Shown here piece by piece: positions 42,072 to 52,517 of a stretch of 57,771 nt of DNA. The notes below the pieces were generated by a model, which was given only the letters and a program-made list of their open reading frames with translations, was not told where the DNA came from and did not search any database. The position numbers and the translations under genes were made by a program. The DNA is from Micrococcales bacterium. GTDB lineage: Bacteria > Actinomycetota > Actinomycetes > Actinomycetales > Microbacteriaceae. The stretch spans positions 1-57,771 of the forward strand of contig JBJTOA010000101.1 in the NCBI GenBank assembly GCA_046074285.1, written 5' to 3'. Each line of letters starts with the position of its first letter. Within the stretch, counting starts at the first letter, position 1.

Positions 42072-42773
42072 TTAGCGGGGACGCCCTGCGCTCTTGATTC
42101 GGTTTGGATCAATTCCCTTCGGAATTGCCATGTTGAAGCCGATTGAGCTGAGGCGCTTATCTACCACACGGATTTCACGTCGATTTAGTTCGCGCTTGAG
42201 TTTGAACACGTGCTTCTTCAGTTGTGAAAGTCTGACCTGACCGCTGTGCACACCGACGGTTATAACGTGGGTAGGAACACCGTGCACCACCTTTGAAAGT
42301 TTGCGCTTTTCTTCGTTTACCAAAACCTGAAGCGCAGAACCCTGACCTTCACCAATAATGACAACACCAGCTGGACCAACGATTCGGTAAACCAAGTCTT
42401 TGGTCTTTGGGTTTACTGCAACTGGCTGACTCGGCGTTACCCAACCCGCACGGAAGCCGTTGTCAAGAACTGCTCCCACGGCACCCGGTTGCCCTTCAAT
42501 GCGGTTGTAGGCCACAACCTCTGCTCTGCGAGACATCAGAATCAAACCGGTGAGTCCAGCAATAGCAACACCTAGCACGCCGTAGAGAACATAACCAATT
42601 GGGCTGCCATCAGTTGTCAGACCAGCGAGCACGAATGCCAACGCAGCGATGACAACGAATGTTCCGATTGCAATCGGAGCAGATTTCTTATCGGTTTTTG
42701 CGGTGAGTTTATAAAGATCCCAGAGTTGCTTAATGCGTCCCGGTTCTTTGGGTGCCTTAGGTGTTTTAGCCAT
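42072..42773 (-). CDS. DUF4191 family membrane protein
   Basis: Two TM segments, IEGQPGA.GAVL and IPKGIDP; downstream of lipA. Confidence 0.87.
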   Translation of the reverse strand: MAKTPKAPKEPGRIKQLWDLYKLTAKTDKKSAPIAIGTFVVIAALAFVLAGLTTDGSPIGYVLYGVLGVAIAGLTGLILMSRRAEVVAYNRIEGQPGAVGAVLDNGFRAGWVTPSQPVAVNPKTKDLVYRIVGPAGVVIIGEGQGSALQVLVNEEKRKLSKVVHGVPTHVITVGVHSGQVRLSQLKKHVFKLKRELNRREIRVVDKRLSSIGFNMAIPKGIDPNRIKSAGRPR

Positions 42774-42788
42774 AGGCAAAATCCTACT

Positions 42789-43781
42789 TTAGACCGCTTG
42801 GCTAAAGCCTTCTTTGGCGGCAGATTCAGCTAGGTGTTGCAGGTGATCTGGCACTTCTCGACCCTTTTGAATCATCGAGGATGCCCAGAGGCGCCCCGCA
42901 CGATAAGAAGAACGAACCAGTGGCCCGCTGAGCACTCCGAGGAATCCGATTTCTTCAGCAACAGTCTTGAGCTCGACGAACTCTTCAGGTTTCACCCATC
43001 TAGAGATCGGATGGTGCTTAACTGATGGTCGCAGGTACTGAGTGATAGTGACAATATCGGTGCCAGCTTCGTGCAGGTCACGCATGGCTTCGACAACCTC
43101 GTCAATGGTTTCACCCATGCCGAGAATGAGGTTTGACTTGGTAACCAGACCAGCATTGCGAGCTTGGGTAATCACGTCAAGCGACCGTTCGTATCTGAAA
43201 GCTGGTCGAATTTCTTTGAATATGCGCGGTACGGTTTCAAGATTGTGCGCAAAAACCTCAGGTGCAGCATCGAAAACCTTCTGCAGAAGTTCTGGGTTGC
43301 CACTGAAATCCGGAACCAGAATCTCAACGCCGGTTCCAGGCGATTGCTGGTGAATCTGGCGGATAGTTTCGGCATACAGCCAGGCACCTTCGTCCTCGAG
43401 GTCATCTCGTGCAACGCCGGTTACGGTTGCATAGCGCAATTGCATCTTGGCGACTGATTCGCCAACTCGTCGAGGTTCATCGCGGTCGAAGGCAGCAGGT
43501 TTTCCGGTGGCAATCTGGCAGAAGTCGCAGCGTCTAGTGCACTGCTCGCCACCGATCAAGAAAGTAGCCTCACGGTCTTCCCAGCATTCAAAGATGTTTG
43601 GGCAACCAGCTTCTTGACAAACGGTGTGAAGGTTTTCACCCTTCACCAAAGTCTGCAGCGCCTGATACTCAGGGCCCATTTTGGCCTTGATTTTGATCCA
43701 CTCTGGCTTACGTTCAATGGGAGTTTCAGCGTTTCGAGCTTCAATGCGCAGCAGTTTCTTCTCACGGGGTGCTTCAGTCAC
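42789..43781 (-). CDS. lipA: Lipoyl synthase
   Basis: [20 protein letters not shown] and RSSY. Confidence 0.97.
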   Translation of the reverse strand: MTEAPREKKLLRIEARNAETPIERKPEWIKIKAKMGPEYQALQTLVKGENLHTVCQEAGCPNIFECWEDREATFLIGGEQCTRRCDFCQIATGKPAAFDRDEPRRVGESVAKMQLRYATVTGVARDDLEDEGAWLYAETIRQIHQQSPGTGVEILVPDFSGNPELLQKVFDAAPEVFAHNLETVPRIFKEIRPAFRYERSLDVITQARNAGLVTKSNLILGMGETIDEVVEAMRDLHEAGTDIVTITQYLRPSVKHHPISRWVKPEEFVELKTVAEEIGFLGVLSGPLVRSSYRAGRLWASSMIQKGREVPDHLQHLAESAAKEGFSQAV

Positions 43782-44413
43782 AGTTTTACCTTAGTTATTT
43801 CTTTTAAATGTTTCTTCACAAGTTCGGCAGCCATTGCGGGAGTAATCTCTCTACCTAATTCTCGGCTAAGGGTTGTGGTTGATGCGTCTGAAATTCCGCA
43901 GGCAATTATGTTGTCATACGGAGCCAGCGAGTTATTGCAGTTCAATGCAAACCCGTGCATCGTGGTTTTATCTGCTACGCGAATGCCGATGGCCGCTACC
44001 TTTTCGTGTGTTCCGTTTTTCGGCACCCATACGCCACTTCTTCCCTCGACACGTTCGGTGTACAAACCGAGTTCGGCGATTACATCTATTAGAACTTGTT
44101 CTAGCCAGCGAACGTAACCCACCACGTCAAATGGCTGGGGGAGTCTCATGATCGGGTAGCCGACTAATTGCCCTGGTCCGTGCCAGGTTATTTTGCCCCC
44201 GCGACTGCTTTCGATAACTCGTGTGCCATCTTTCGGCAGCTCGATGTCATCAGTTCGCTTACCTGCGGTATAGACCGCTTCATGCTCGAGAAGGATAACG
44301 CTGTCTGGGCGCAAACCACTAGCCACTTCACGGTGAAGCTCTTCCTGCATGGCAACACCAGCTTCGTATTCTACGAAATTGGGATTTAGGCCAGCGATTA
44401 TAAAGTCAGGCAT
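43778..44413 (-). CDS. lipB: Lipoyl(octanoyl) transferase
   Basis: [29 protein letters not shown] and I.ACG. Confidence 0.96.
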   Translation of the reverse strand: MPDFIIAGLNPNFVEYEAGVAMQEELHREVASGLRPDSVILLEHEAVYTAGKRTDDIELPKDGTRVIESSRGGKITWHGPGQLVGYPIMRLPQPFDVVGYVRWLEQVLIDVIAELGLYTERVEGRSGVWVPKNGTHEKVAAIGIRVADKTTMHGFALNCNNSLAPYDNIIACGISDASTTTLSRELGREITPAMAAELVKKHLKEITKVKL

Positions 44414-44503
44414 TGTTTAACTATAACTTTCGTGTGGTCTGAGTTTTCCACAGTTTTTCAAAAACCACATATTTGAGAACCTTTTGGCGTGCAGGTTTGT
44501 TCC

Positions 44504-45031
44504 ATGCCTACTTTTTCACTGCTTGAAGCTCGCTATGTTGCTGATCAGTTAATGGCCAAGGGCATACCAGCAGAAATCACTCAAACCTCGCAGCACCGGT
44601 TTGAGGTTCTAAGCGAGCGAAAACCCGCCATGCCAAGAGTTCTCGAAAGATTTCAGTTCAATCGAGGATGGGCTTTGAAGCCAAAAAACTGGGTGTTCAT
44701 GTCGTTACCAATAGCCGGATTGCTGGCATTTGCAATCATTGCGTTTGCCATGTTACGTCCCGTTCGAGCCATCGAAGTCAAACGAAGCCCTCAAGCCATG
44801 GTTTGGGTCTCTGACGCAGAAATTGCAGCGGAATGTTTAGCTGCCTTGGTTACCGAGGGCAAATGTTCGCAAGGTAAAAATGAGTTTCAAGAGGTAAAGC
44901 GCATCGAACTGGGCGGATATCTAAACTTGCTCGTAAATCAGTCGCTCGACGAGCAGACCAGACTCATCAGGTTAGACCTTGTAAAGCAATCGAAGGGCTG
45001 GAAATTAGAAAAGTGGGTTCAACTCGACTGA
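44504..45031 (+). CDS. Hypothetical single-pass membrane protein
   Basis: ORF fills the lipB-sucB gap and has one hydrophobic segment (WVFMSLPIAGLLAFAIIAFAML); no family recognised. Confidence 0.6.
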   Translation: MPTFSLLEARYVADQLMAKGIPAEITQTSQHRFEVLSERKPAMPRVLERFQFNRGWALKPKNWVFMSLPIAGLLAFAIIAFAMLRPVRAIEVKRSPQAMVWVSDAEIAAECLAALVTEGKCSQGKNEFQEVKRIELGGYLNLLVNQSLDEQTRLIRLDLVKQSKGWKLEKWVQLD

Positions 45032-45045
45032 GTTGAACCCACTTT
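45010..45045. terminator. Perfect 16-bp hairpin between the convergent hypothetical gene and sucB
   Basis: AAAGTGGGTTCAACTC-GACT-GAGTTGAACCCACTTT, spanning the stop codon of the + strand ORF. Confidence 0.75.
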
Positions 45046-45055
45046 GATTCTGTTT

Positions 45056-46396
45056 CTAGAGACCGAGGTTGGCGTCGAAGTTAGCTTCCTCGAGTCTGGC
45101 CTTGACATCAACCAGGAAGCGACTTGCGTCTGCCCCATCTACCAAACGGTGGTCGTATGAAAGTGCAAGGTAAACCATACTGCGGACAGCAATCGCATCG
45201 TTTCCATCTGCGTCAGTAACGACAGCAGGGCGCTTGCTGACAACACCGGTACCAAGAATGGCAACCTGAGGCAGGAATACCACCGGGGTGTCGAACAGAG
45301 CACCACGTGAACCCGTGTTGGTCAATGTGAAGGTGCCACCAGAGAGTTCATCCGGAGTCAGTTTGTTGGTGCGAGTGCGCTCGGCCTTGTCGGCGATTTG
45401 CTTAGCAATCTCAGAGATATTGTGGGTTGCTGCATCGCGAATAACCGGAGTGAGCAAGCCACGTTCGGTATCAACCGCAAATGAAATGTTTTCACTCGGG
45501 TGATAGATGATGTTCTCACCCTCGATTGAGGCGTTCAGCTTAGGGTGTGCGCGTAGTGCCTCAGCTGCAGCCAAGAAGAAGAAAGGCATGAAGTTGAGCT
45601 TGATGCCATTCTTGGCAACGAAAGCACCCTGTACCTTCTGACGAAGTTGAGCGATCTTGGTCACATCAACTTCAACAACGGTAGTGAGTTGGGCAGTCGA
45701 AACCATTGAAGCAACAGCGCGCTCGGCAAGCACCTTGCGAAGGCGAGACATCGGCTCAGTGGTGCCTCGCAGAGCACTAGGTGCTGCCACAACTGCAGGT
45801 GCACTTGCGCTTGGAGTAAATGCGGGTGCAACCGACGTGGTTGCGGCTAAAACGTCATCCTTGCGAATGCGACCTCCAACGCCAGTGCCAGTCACCGAGT
45901 GAAGGTCAACGCCCTGCTCATTTGCAAGCTTGCGAACTAGGGGAGTCACATAGCCGGCGTCTGAGACGTGAGCGCCAGCAGGAGTAGCAGGTGCCGGAGT
46001 TACAGGTGCCGTAACAACAGGCGGGGTAACTGGAGCTGCAACAGGTGGAACGTAAACCGGGGCAGCTACAGGTGCAGGAATCTCAACCGCAGGCGCTACC
46101 GGAGCCGGAGTTGGCTCAACCGGAGCAGCTGCTGGAGGAGCAACTGGGGCAGGAGCACTGCCCGCATCACCAATCACAGCCAGAACTGCGCCAACGGCAA
46201 CAGTTTCGTCTTCTTGAACCAGAATCTGCTGGATCACTCCTGCAACGGGTGAAGGAATCTCGGTGTCAACTTTGTCAGTAGAAACTTCTACAAGTGGCTC
46301 ATCAACGGCAACTGAATCGCCGACCTTCTTGAGCCAGCGGGTTACGGTTCCCTCAGTTACGCTCTCACCGAGCGCTGGAAGAGTTACTTCTGCCAT
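45056..46396 (-). CDS. sucB: Dihydrolipoamide acyltransferase E2 (DlaT/SucB), one lipoyl domain
   Basis: STDKVDTE lipoyl site, GTG.GGRI.K.D E3-binding domain and catalytic YDHRLVDG. Confidence 0.93.
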   Translation of the reverse strand: MAEVTLPALGESVTEGTVTRWLKKVGDSVAVDEPLVEVSTDKVDTEIPSPVAGVIQQILVQEDETVAVGAVLAVIGDAGSAPAPVAPPAAAPVEPTPAPVAPAVEIPAPVAAPVYVPPVAAPVTPPVVTAPVTPAPATPAGAHVSDAGYVTPLVRKLANEQGVDLHSVTGTGVGGRIRKDDVLAATTSVAPAFTPSASAPAVVAAPSALRGTTEPMSRLRKVLAERAVASMVSTAQLTTVVEVDVTKIAQLRQKVQGAFVAKNGIKLNFMPFFFLAAAEALRAHPKLNASIEGENIIYHPSENISFAVDTERGLLTPVIRDAATHNISEIAKQIADKAERTRTNKLTPDELSGGTFTLTNTGSRGALFDTPVVFLPQVAILGTGVVSKRPAVVTDADGNDAIAVRSMVYLALSYDHRLVDGADASRFLVDVKARLEEANFDANLGL

Positions 46397-46419
46397 TTAT
46401 TTATCCTCTTTCGAAAGCT

Positions 46420-47796
46420 TTATGCGTGTGCGTGTAGTGGCTTGCCAGCTAGTGCAAGGTGCGCTTCGCCGAGCGCTTCGTTCTGGGTCGGGTGAGCGTG
46501 AATCAAAGTCGCAACATCTTCAGGGTAAGCCTCCCAGTTCACGATCAACTGAGCTTCACCAATTTGCTCGCCGACGCGAGAACCTATCATGTGCACGCCA
46601 ATTACTGGACCATTCACCTTACGAACCAACTTCACAAAACCAGCGGTTGAAAGAATCTGGCTCTTGCCGTTCCCACCTAGGTTGTACTCGTAAGTTGAAA
46701 TATTCTCAGCGCCGTATTTTTCAGCCGCTTTTGCCTCAGTCAAACCAACTGAAGCAATTTCAGGCTCACAGTAAGTGACCTTTGGTATACCGTTCTCATC
46801 GATAACTGCAGGGTTTAGGCCGGCAATGTCTTCGGCAATGAAAATTCCCTGCTGGAAACCACGGTGTGCTAATTGGAGCCCAGGAACAATGTCACCGGCA
46901 GCGTAAACGCCAGGCAGATTTGTCTGAAGTCTCTCATTGGTAAGCACGTAGCCACGATCCATCGTGACACCCTGTTCTTCGTAACCGAAGCCTGCAGTGT
47001 TTGGTCCGCGACCGACAGCTACGAGCATCAATTCTGCTGAATAGGTACTGCCGTCTTCTAGGGTCGCAACCACACCGTTGGCATCCTGAGTTACACCAGA
47101 GAAACGCACACCGGTCTTGAAGTCGATACCGCGCTTGCGGAAGGCACGTTCGAGGGCTTTAGAAACTGATGGATCCTCGTTAGGGACCAAGTTTGGAAGA
47201 CCTTCAATCACGGTCACCTTAGTTCCGAAAGAGTTCCAGATTGAAGCGAACTCAACACCGATAACACCACCACCTAGAACAATGACGCTCTGTGGAATGA
47301 AGTTCAACTGCAGAGCATGCTCAGAGGTGATTACACGACCGCCGATTTCGAGGCCCGGAAGTGAACGGCTGTATGAACCGGTTGCAAGAACAAGGTTTGC
47401 GCCAGAGTAGGTGTCTTCTCCAACCGCAATGGTCTTTGGGCCGACGAGCCGACCTTCACCGGCTACAAATGTGATGTTCTTGCCATTGACTAGACCAGTG
47501 AGACCCTTGAAAAGCTTGTCAACAATACTGTCACGGTACTTGTTTACTGCTGGCATATCGATTGAGTTCAGAGTCGCATTGACTCCGTAGTTTGCTGCTT
47601 CGCGAGTTACATCTGCTACTTCAGCAGCGTGCAGCAAAGCTTTGGTTGGGATACAACCCCGGTGCAAGCAGGTGCCACCTAACTTGTCGCGTTCAATGAG
47701 AGCGACAGTCTTGCCTAATTGAGCTGATCGCAGAGCTGCAGCATAACCACCGCTACCTCCACCAAGGATTACTACGTCAAAATTGTGTTCAGCCAA
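46420..47796 (-). CDS. lpdA: Dihydrolipoyl dehydrogenase
   Basis: GGTCLHRGCIPTK and HAHPTQNE. Confidence 0.96.
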   Translation of the reverse strand: MAEHNFDVVILGGGSGGYAAALRSAQLGKTVALIERDKLGGTCLHRGCIPTKALLHAAEVADVTREAANYGVNATLNSIDMPAVNKYRDSIVDKLFKGLTGLVNGKNITFVAGEGRLVGPKTIAVGEDTYSGANLVLATGSYSRSLPGLEIGGRVITSEHALQLNFIPQSVIVLGGGVIGVEFASIWNSFGTKVTVIEGLPNLVPNEDPSVSKALERAFRKRGIDFKTGVRFSGVTQDANGVVATLEDGSTYSAELMLVAVGRGPNTAGFGYEEQGVTMDRGYVLTNERLQTNLPGVYAAGDIVPGLQLAHRGFQQGIFIAEDIAGLNPAVIDENGIPKVTYCEPEIASVGLTEAKAAEKYGAENISTYEYNLGGNGKSQILSTAGFVKLVRKVNGPVIGVHMIGSRVGEQIGEAQLIVNWEAYPEDVATLIHAHPTQNEALGEAHLALAGKPLHAHA

Positions 47797-47844
47797 GGGA
47801 ACTCCTCATGTCTAGTGCAAGCCTTAAAAACTTTACTACCGAAA

Positions 47845-49302
47845 TCAGGCAATCAGGCTTTCGGCCAGCGATACAAGCGTACGAATTAGAGCCCCTGTTC
47901 CACCCTTCGGAACATATCCGTATGCTTCGGCATCATTCTTTGCAGGTCCGGCAATGTCTAAGTGCGCCCAAGAGATGAGTTCGCCTTTAGAGTCCTTGCT
48001 GATGAACTCTTGCAAAAACAGGCCACCAATGAGCATTCCTCCCGCAGTATTTCCCACCTTGGCATTAGCGATATCAGCAACCTGTGAATCAAGTAGTGCT
48101 CTAAGTTCAGAGGCTAGTGGCATGTGCCAAACCAGTTCGTCGGCATTGTTAGCAGCTGCCTTGACTTTCTCGACGGCGTCTTCGGCGCCCATCAAACCCG
48201 CGTAGCGGTTACCCAGAGCAACTGTCGCAGCCCCAGTAAGGGTTGCCAGGTCAACGATTAGGTCTGGCTTAGTTTCGCTAGCAAGCGATAGTCCGTCAGC
48301 TAGAACTACGCGACCCTCTGCATCGGTGTTGGTGATCTCGATGGTTTTGCCATTTCTAGCTCTAACCACATCGTTTGGACGAGTTGCAGTTCCCGAAGGC
48401 ATGTTCTCTGCCACGCAAGCCCAAGCAGTCACTTCAATTGGCAGGTTTAGTCTGGCAATTGCCAATACAGCGTTCAGAACTGTTGCCGCGCCAGTCATGT
48501 CATATTTCATGCCGAGCATTGATGCGCCTGGCTTGAGTGACAAACCACCGGTGTCAAAGGTAATACCCTTTCCAACTAAGGCGAGTTTGAACTTTGCGCC
48601 TCTCGGCTTGTGAGTCAGTTTGATTAGGCGAGGCGGTCTAGCACTGCCCTGACCAACCCCAAGGATGCCTCCACATTTTTCTTTTTCGAGACGTTTTTCA
48701 TCCCAGACCTCAATTTGCAGACTGTATTTTTTCGCCTGCGCCGAAGCCCACTTCGCCATTTCACTTGGATAGAGCAAGTTCGCAGGGGTGTTCACAAGGT
48801 CTCTAATCTCGTGCACGTGTTCGGCGATTGTTTGCACTCGCGCAATTTCGGCTTTGGTAATCGTTGAATTTGTAAAAATCTTTACTGACCTAAGCTTCCG
48901 TACGTCGGCTGAGCTCTTGAGTTTCGTGAACGAGTAGTTGCCAAGTGCTAGACCTTCGGTAAGTGCGAGTAGTTCTGCTTTATTTTGCGTCGGGATAGCC
49001 AGCGTCAGTTCTGTGAATTCGCCGAGGGTGCGAGATATTGAGCCACCGAGTTCGCGAAGATTCTGCGTGGTGGCCTTCTCTGGCACCTTGGCAAGAATCA
49101 CCACTGTTCCCTCGTGCAGCATCCGGTTCAATTCACTGGTAACGAGTTGCGTGACATCTAAGTTTTCAAAAACGGGGAGCGCTAGCCCTTCGGGTAGCAC
49201 AACTTTGAAATGCTTTGCTTGTTTCTGCACGGCCAAAACCAGCGCTGACGATTTGCTTGGTTTCGGTAAGTTTTTGATGATGTCGAATTGCATGTTAGCC
49301 AT
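47845..49302 (-). CDS. pepA: Leucyl aminopeptidase (M17)
   Basis: GKGITFDTGG, MKYDM.G, NTDAEGR and HLDIAG. Confidence 0.94.
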   Translation of the reverse strand: MANMQFDIIKNLPKPSKSSALVLAVQKQAKHFKVVLPEGLALPVFENLDVTQLVTSELNRMLHEGTVVILAKVPEKATTQNLRELGGSISRTLGEFTELTLAIPTQNKAELLALTEGLALGNYSFTKLKSSADVRKLRSVKIFTNSTITKAEIARVQTIAEHVHEIRDLVNTPANLLYPSEMAKWASAQAKKYSLQIEVWDEKRLEKEKCGGILGVGQGSARPPRLIKLTHKPRGAKFKLALVGKGITFDTGGLSLKPGASMLGMKYDMTGAATVLNAVLAIARLNLPIEVTAWACVAENMPSGTATRPNDVVRARNGKTIEITNTDAEGRVVLADGLSLASETKPDLIVDLATLTGAATVALGNRYAGLMGAEDAVEKVKAAANNADELVWHMPLASELRALLDSQVADIANAKVGNTAGGMLIGGLFLQEFISKDSKGELISWAHLDIAGPAKNDAEAYGYVPKGGTGALIRTLVSLAESLIA

Positions 49303-49357
49303 TTCTTCAGACTACAAAAGTCTGGTTCATTAGTTTGCAGGCACTTAGAATTACTTT

Positions 49358-50281
49358 GTGAATGATCCGAGAAACCTTTATGCGCTAGTCGGCGATCACT
49401 TTGAAGTGCCACTTGGCCTTCCGATGATTGCGGGTCTAACCGGATTCAGCGATGCTGGCTCGACAATCGCACAGGTTGCAGACACCATTTTTTCGAGCTT
49501 CGATTCAGAACTCGTTGTGAAGTTCAACAACGATGAACTATTGGACTATCGTTCTCGCCGCCCAATACTTTTTTTCGAACGCGATCACATCGCTAGCTAC
49601 GAACCACCGGTGCTGGGAATCTATCTGATTCACGACGATGCAAACCAACCTTTCCTCTACTTGCACGGTTACGAACCGGACTTTAAGTGGGAAACGTTTG
49701 TGCAGGCAATCATTCAGGTGACTGACCTTTTCGCAGTTTCGAGCGTTACTTGGGTTCATTCGATTCCCTTCCCAACCCCTCATACGCGACCAATCAGCAC
49801 AACAGTTTCAGGCAATCGACGAGACCTGATCGATCGAATCTCAGAGTGGAAGCCATCAACGCAGGTACCTGGCAATGTTCTTCACCTTCTTGAGTTTGAA
49901 CTAAGCAAAGAGCAGGTGCCGATAATCGGTTTCGTGCTACTTGTGCCTCACTACCTGTCTGATAGTGAATACCCGCAAGCCGCTGTTACTGCGTTCGAAC
50001 AATTGGCAGCCGCGACCGGTTTAGTTTTCAAGACCGACCCGCTGCGCGACGAAGGAATCAAGTTCAACGCCAAGATCGCTAAGCAGGTCGAAGAAAATGC
50101 TGACCTACAACGGATGATTCAAAACCTAGAACTGGGTTACAACTCGGCTGAGAATGCGCCCATGCGTACTCAAATCGTTCGCCCGGCAAGTGAAGTTCCA
50201 TCTGCTGAAGAAATTGCGGCTGAACTTGAAGACTTTCTCGCTACTAGACGCAAGAACTCGGTCGACGAAGACGAAGCCTAG
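49358..50281 (+). CDS. PAC2 family (proteasome assembly chaperone-like) protein
   Basis: GF.DAG, LLDYRSRRP, G.EPD..WE, PHTRP and VPHYL. Confidence 0.87.
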   Translation: MNDPRNLYALVGDHFEVPLGLPMIAGLTGFSDAGSTIAQVADTIFSSFDSELVVKFNNDELLDYRSRRPILFFERDHIASYEPPVLGIYLIHDDANQPFLYLHGYEPDFKWETFVQAIIQVTDLFAVSSVTWVHSIPFPTPHTRPISTTVSGNRRDLIDRISEWKPSTQVPGNVLHLLEFELSKEQVPIIGFVLLVPHYLSDSEYPQAAVTAFEQLAAATGLVFKTDPLRDEGIKFNAKIAKQVEENADLQRMIQNLELGYNSAENAPMRTQIVRPASEVPSAEEIAAELEDFLATRRKNSVDEDEA

Positions 50282-51096
50282 AACTTGAATCCCAGCTGTT
50301 GCTCGCTGACTTCCCAGAGCAACCTGCGATTTTCGATGGATGCTAACTTCGGTATGGGGACTTCGATTGGTTGTCCCCACATCTGCAATACGCGCGGCCC
50401 CCAGTAAGTACCAGCAGCAACATCTTTTTCGCAAGCTCGAATGATGGGTTTGGCACCTGATCTCGCCGATTGTGCGAATAGGTACTCGGCGATTCTGATG
50501 CCTAAGTTACCGTAGGCTTCAGCCCTAGCAAAGCCCGGGTGCGCAGCGGTGGCCTCGAGGTATCCTCGCGAGTTCAACTCGAGTGCAAAACACAAATTTG
50601 CAAGTTTCGACGCGTCGTACTGCTGTGAAGTGTTTGCCATTCGAGCATCTCTCCAAAGTTCACTTTTGCCTTTCCTTGCAACAATGGATGCGTTCACGAC
50701 AACTCGCGAACCAGAGTTCGACGCTGGTCGAAGCCAGCTGGTGAGGGCAAAATGAGCTAGGTGATTCACGCCATAGTGCCACTCAAATCCTTGCCTGGTG
50801 AGCTTCGTCGGATGCTCGATTTTCGCGCCGGCATTATTTACCAAGAGATCCCAGTTGCCGTGGGTAGCTTTGCACCACTCTGCAAAAGCCTGAACTTGTT
50901 CGAGGTCATGAAGTTGCAACTCAGCCGGCAAATATTCAACACGCGGGTTCAGCAATGCTAGCTTTTTGGTGGCCTGAGTTGCCCTTGCAAGACTGCGAGA
51001 GGTCACAACAATGCGGTCATAGTTGAGTTTGGCCAAGCCGGATGCAGTATGAAAACCTAGCCCGGCACTTGAACCCGTAACTATGGCGAGTGTCAT
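50278..51096 (-). CDS. Short-chain dehydrogenase/reductase (retinol dehydrogenase-like)
   Basis: TGSSAGLG, NNAG, VNHLAHFALT, Y..SK and AHPG. Confidence 0.88.
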   Translation of the reverse strand: MTLAIVTGSSAGLGFHTASGLAKLNYDRIVVTSRSLARATQATKKLALLNPRVEYLPAELQLHDLEQVQAFAEWCKATHGNWDLLVNNAGAKIEHPTKLTRQGFEWHYGVNHLAHFALTSWLRPASNSGSRVVVNASIVARKGKSELWRDARMANTSQQYDASKLANLCFALELNSRGYLEATAAHPGFARAEAYGNLGIRIAEYLFAQSARSGAKPIIRACEKDVAAGTYWGPRVLQMWGQPIEVPIPKLASIENRRLLWEVSEQQLGFKF

Positions 51097-51127
51097 GCTT
51101 TCAAACTTTCAGTGTGAGAATAGCGTG

Positions 51128-52378
51128 GTGAAGCGCAATGGATTACTCGTAATAGTAGTAGTCGCCGTCGCATACCTCATAGCAGTAACTCAACGAGCGA
51201 CGATGGGCACTGCAGCGCTATTCGCCGCAGATAAGTTTCATACCAACGCCGAGCAATTAAGCTCGTTGGCGGTGCTGCAGTTAGTGGTTTACGCAGCCAT
51301 GCAAATTCCGGTTGGTCTTCTGCTCGATCGTTTCGGAGCCCGAGCTTGCCTCACTATCGGAGCAGTCGGAATGGCTCTCGGCCAATTTATAGTCGCTTTT
51401 TCTGACTCGCTTGGCACGGCAATATTCGGCAGGATGCTCGTTGGTCTGGGTGACGCTTTCACCTTCATTTCGATGATTCGAGTCGTTAACGGTTGGTATA
51501 GCGGTAAGAAAGCTTCTCAGCTGCAGCAGTGGGTCGGTGGGCTTGGCCAGCTTGGTCAGGTTCTCTCGGCTTTTGAATTTGCAAGATTGCTGCATGAAAC
51601 TAGTTGGACATTCGCGTTTGCAACTATCGCCTCGGTTGGTGCGTTATTGGCGGTTCTGATCTGGGTAGTGGTCAGAGAAGACAGAGAAGTAAGGCCGGAG
51701 CACCACAAGCCACTTAGCCTGAAGGCAGCGTCCAAACAACTTAGAACCTCAGTTAAAGAATCGACCACCAAACTTGCTTTCTACACCCACTTTTCCACTC
51801 AATCTGCCGGTACTGCTTTGCTGCTGCTCTGGGGAGTTCCTTATCTGAGTAAAGGTGAAGGACTGGATCGGCAAGTTGTTGCCACCCTGCTAAGTTCGAT
51901 GGTCATCTTTGGAATCTTCGCAGGCAGTTGGTACGCGCACGTTTGCGGCAAGAGACCTGAATGGCGCAAAGCAACAGTGATCGTTACTGCAAGTATCAAC
52001 ATCCTTGGCTTTACGTTGTTTAGCTTCTGGCCAGGTCCCCTGCCGATATTATTGCTTGCCGTTGCATTGTTCCTCGTAGGTGCCGGTGGTCCCAGTTCAA
52101 TGATTGCGTTTGACTATTCGAAGCAGTACGTTCCCAAGATTCGGCTGGGCGCGACCAACGGGTTCATAAACATCGGCGGATTTTTGGCGTGTTTCACCAT
52201 GATGTTCTTGATCGGTGTGACGTTAGATTTGCACCAGTATCTAGTCGGCGGCCAACTCTATTCCCTCGAAGGCTTCCGAAGCGCTTTCGTCTGTGTCATT
52301 TTGGTTATTTCATTTGGTCTTTATCGTTTTTTGCACTACGAAAAACTCGTTAGCCAAGTTGTGGCAAAACAGGACTAA
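51128..52378 (+). CDS. MFS transporter
   Basis: About 12 TM segments and motif A (GLLLDRFGAR). Start placed at the GTG 6 nt after the -10 TGtGAGAAT. Confidence 0.88.
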   Translation: MKRNGLLVIVVVAVAYLIAVTQRATMGTAALFAADKFHTNAEQLSSLAVLQLVVYAAMQIPVGLLLDRFGARACLTIGAVGMALGQFIVAFSDSLGTAIFGRMLVGLGDAFTFISMIRVVNGWYSGKKASQLQQWVGGLGQLGQVLSAFEFARLLHETSWTFAFATIASVGALLAVLIWVVVREDREVRPEHHKPLSLKAASKQLRTSVKESTTKLAFYTHFSTQSAGTALLLLWGVPYLSKGEGLDRQVVATLLSSMVIFGIFAGSWYAHVCGKRPEWRKATVIVTASINILGFTLFSFWPGPLPILLLAVALFLVGAGGPSSMIAFDYSKQYVPKIRLGATNGFINIGGFLACFTMMFLIGVTLDLHQYLVGGQLYSLEGFRSAFVCVILVISFGLYRFLHYEKLVSQVVAKQD

Positions 52379-52517
52379 ACACCGAGGTTTCGCGGTTGTA
52401 GGGTGTTAGTCTTAACCAACGACCCAGTCGCTTTCAAAGTTTGAATTTGACATGGGTCTTTGTTACGCCCAAAAACCAGTTTCAATATTCGGTTTCACAA
52501 ACCACTGGGAGGTCTCG

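Noticed and set aside
44444-44452. DnaA-box-like TTTTCCACA as a replication origin signal
   Set aside because: It is a single imperfect box with no cluster and no dnaA/dnaN context.
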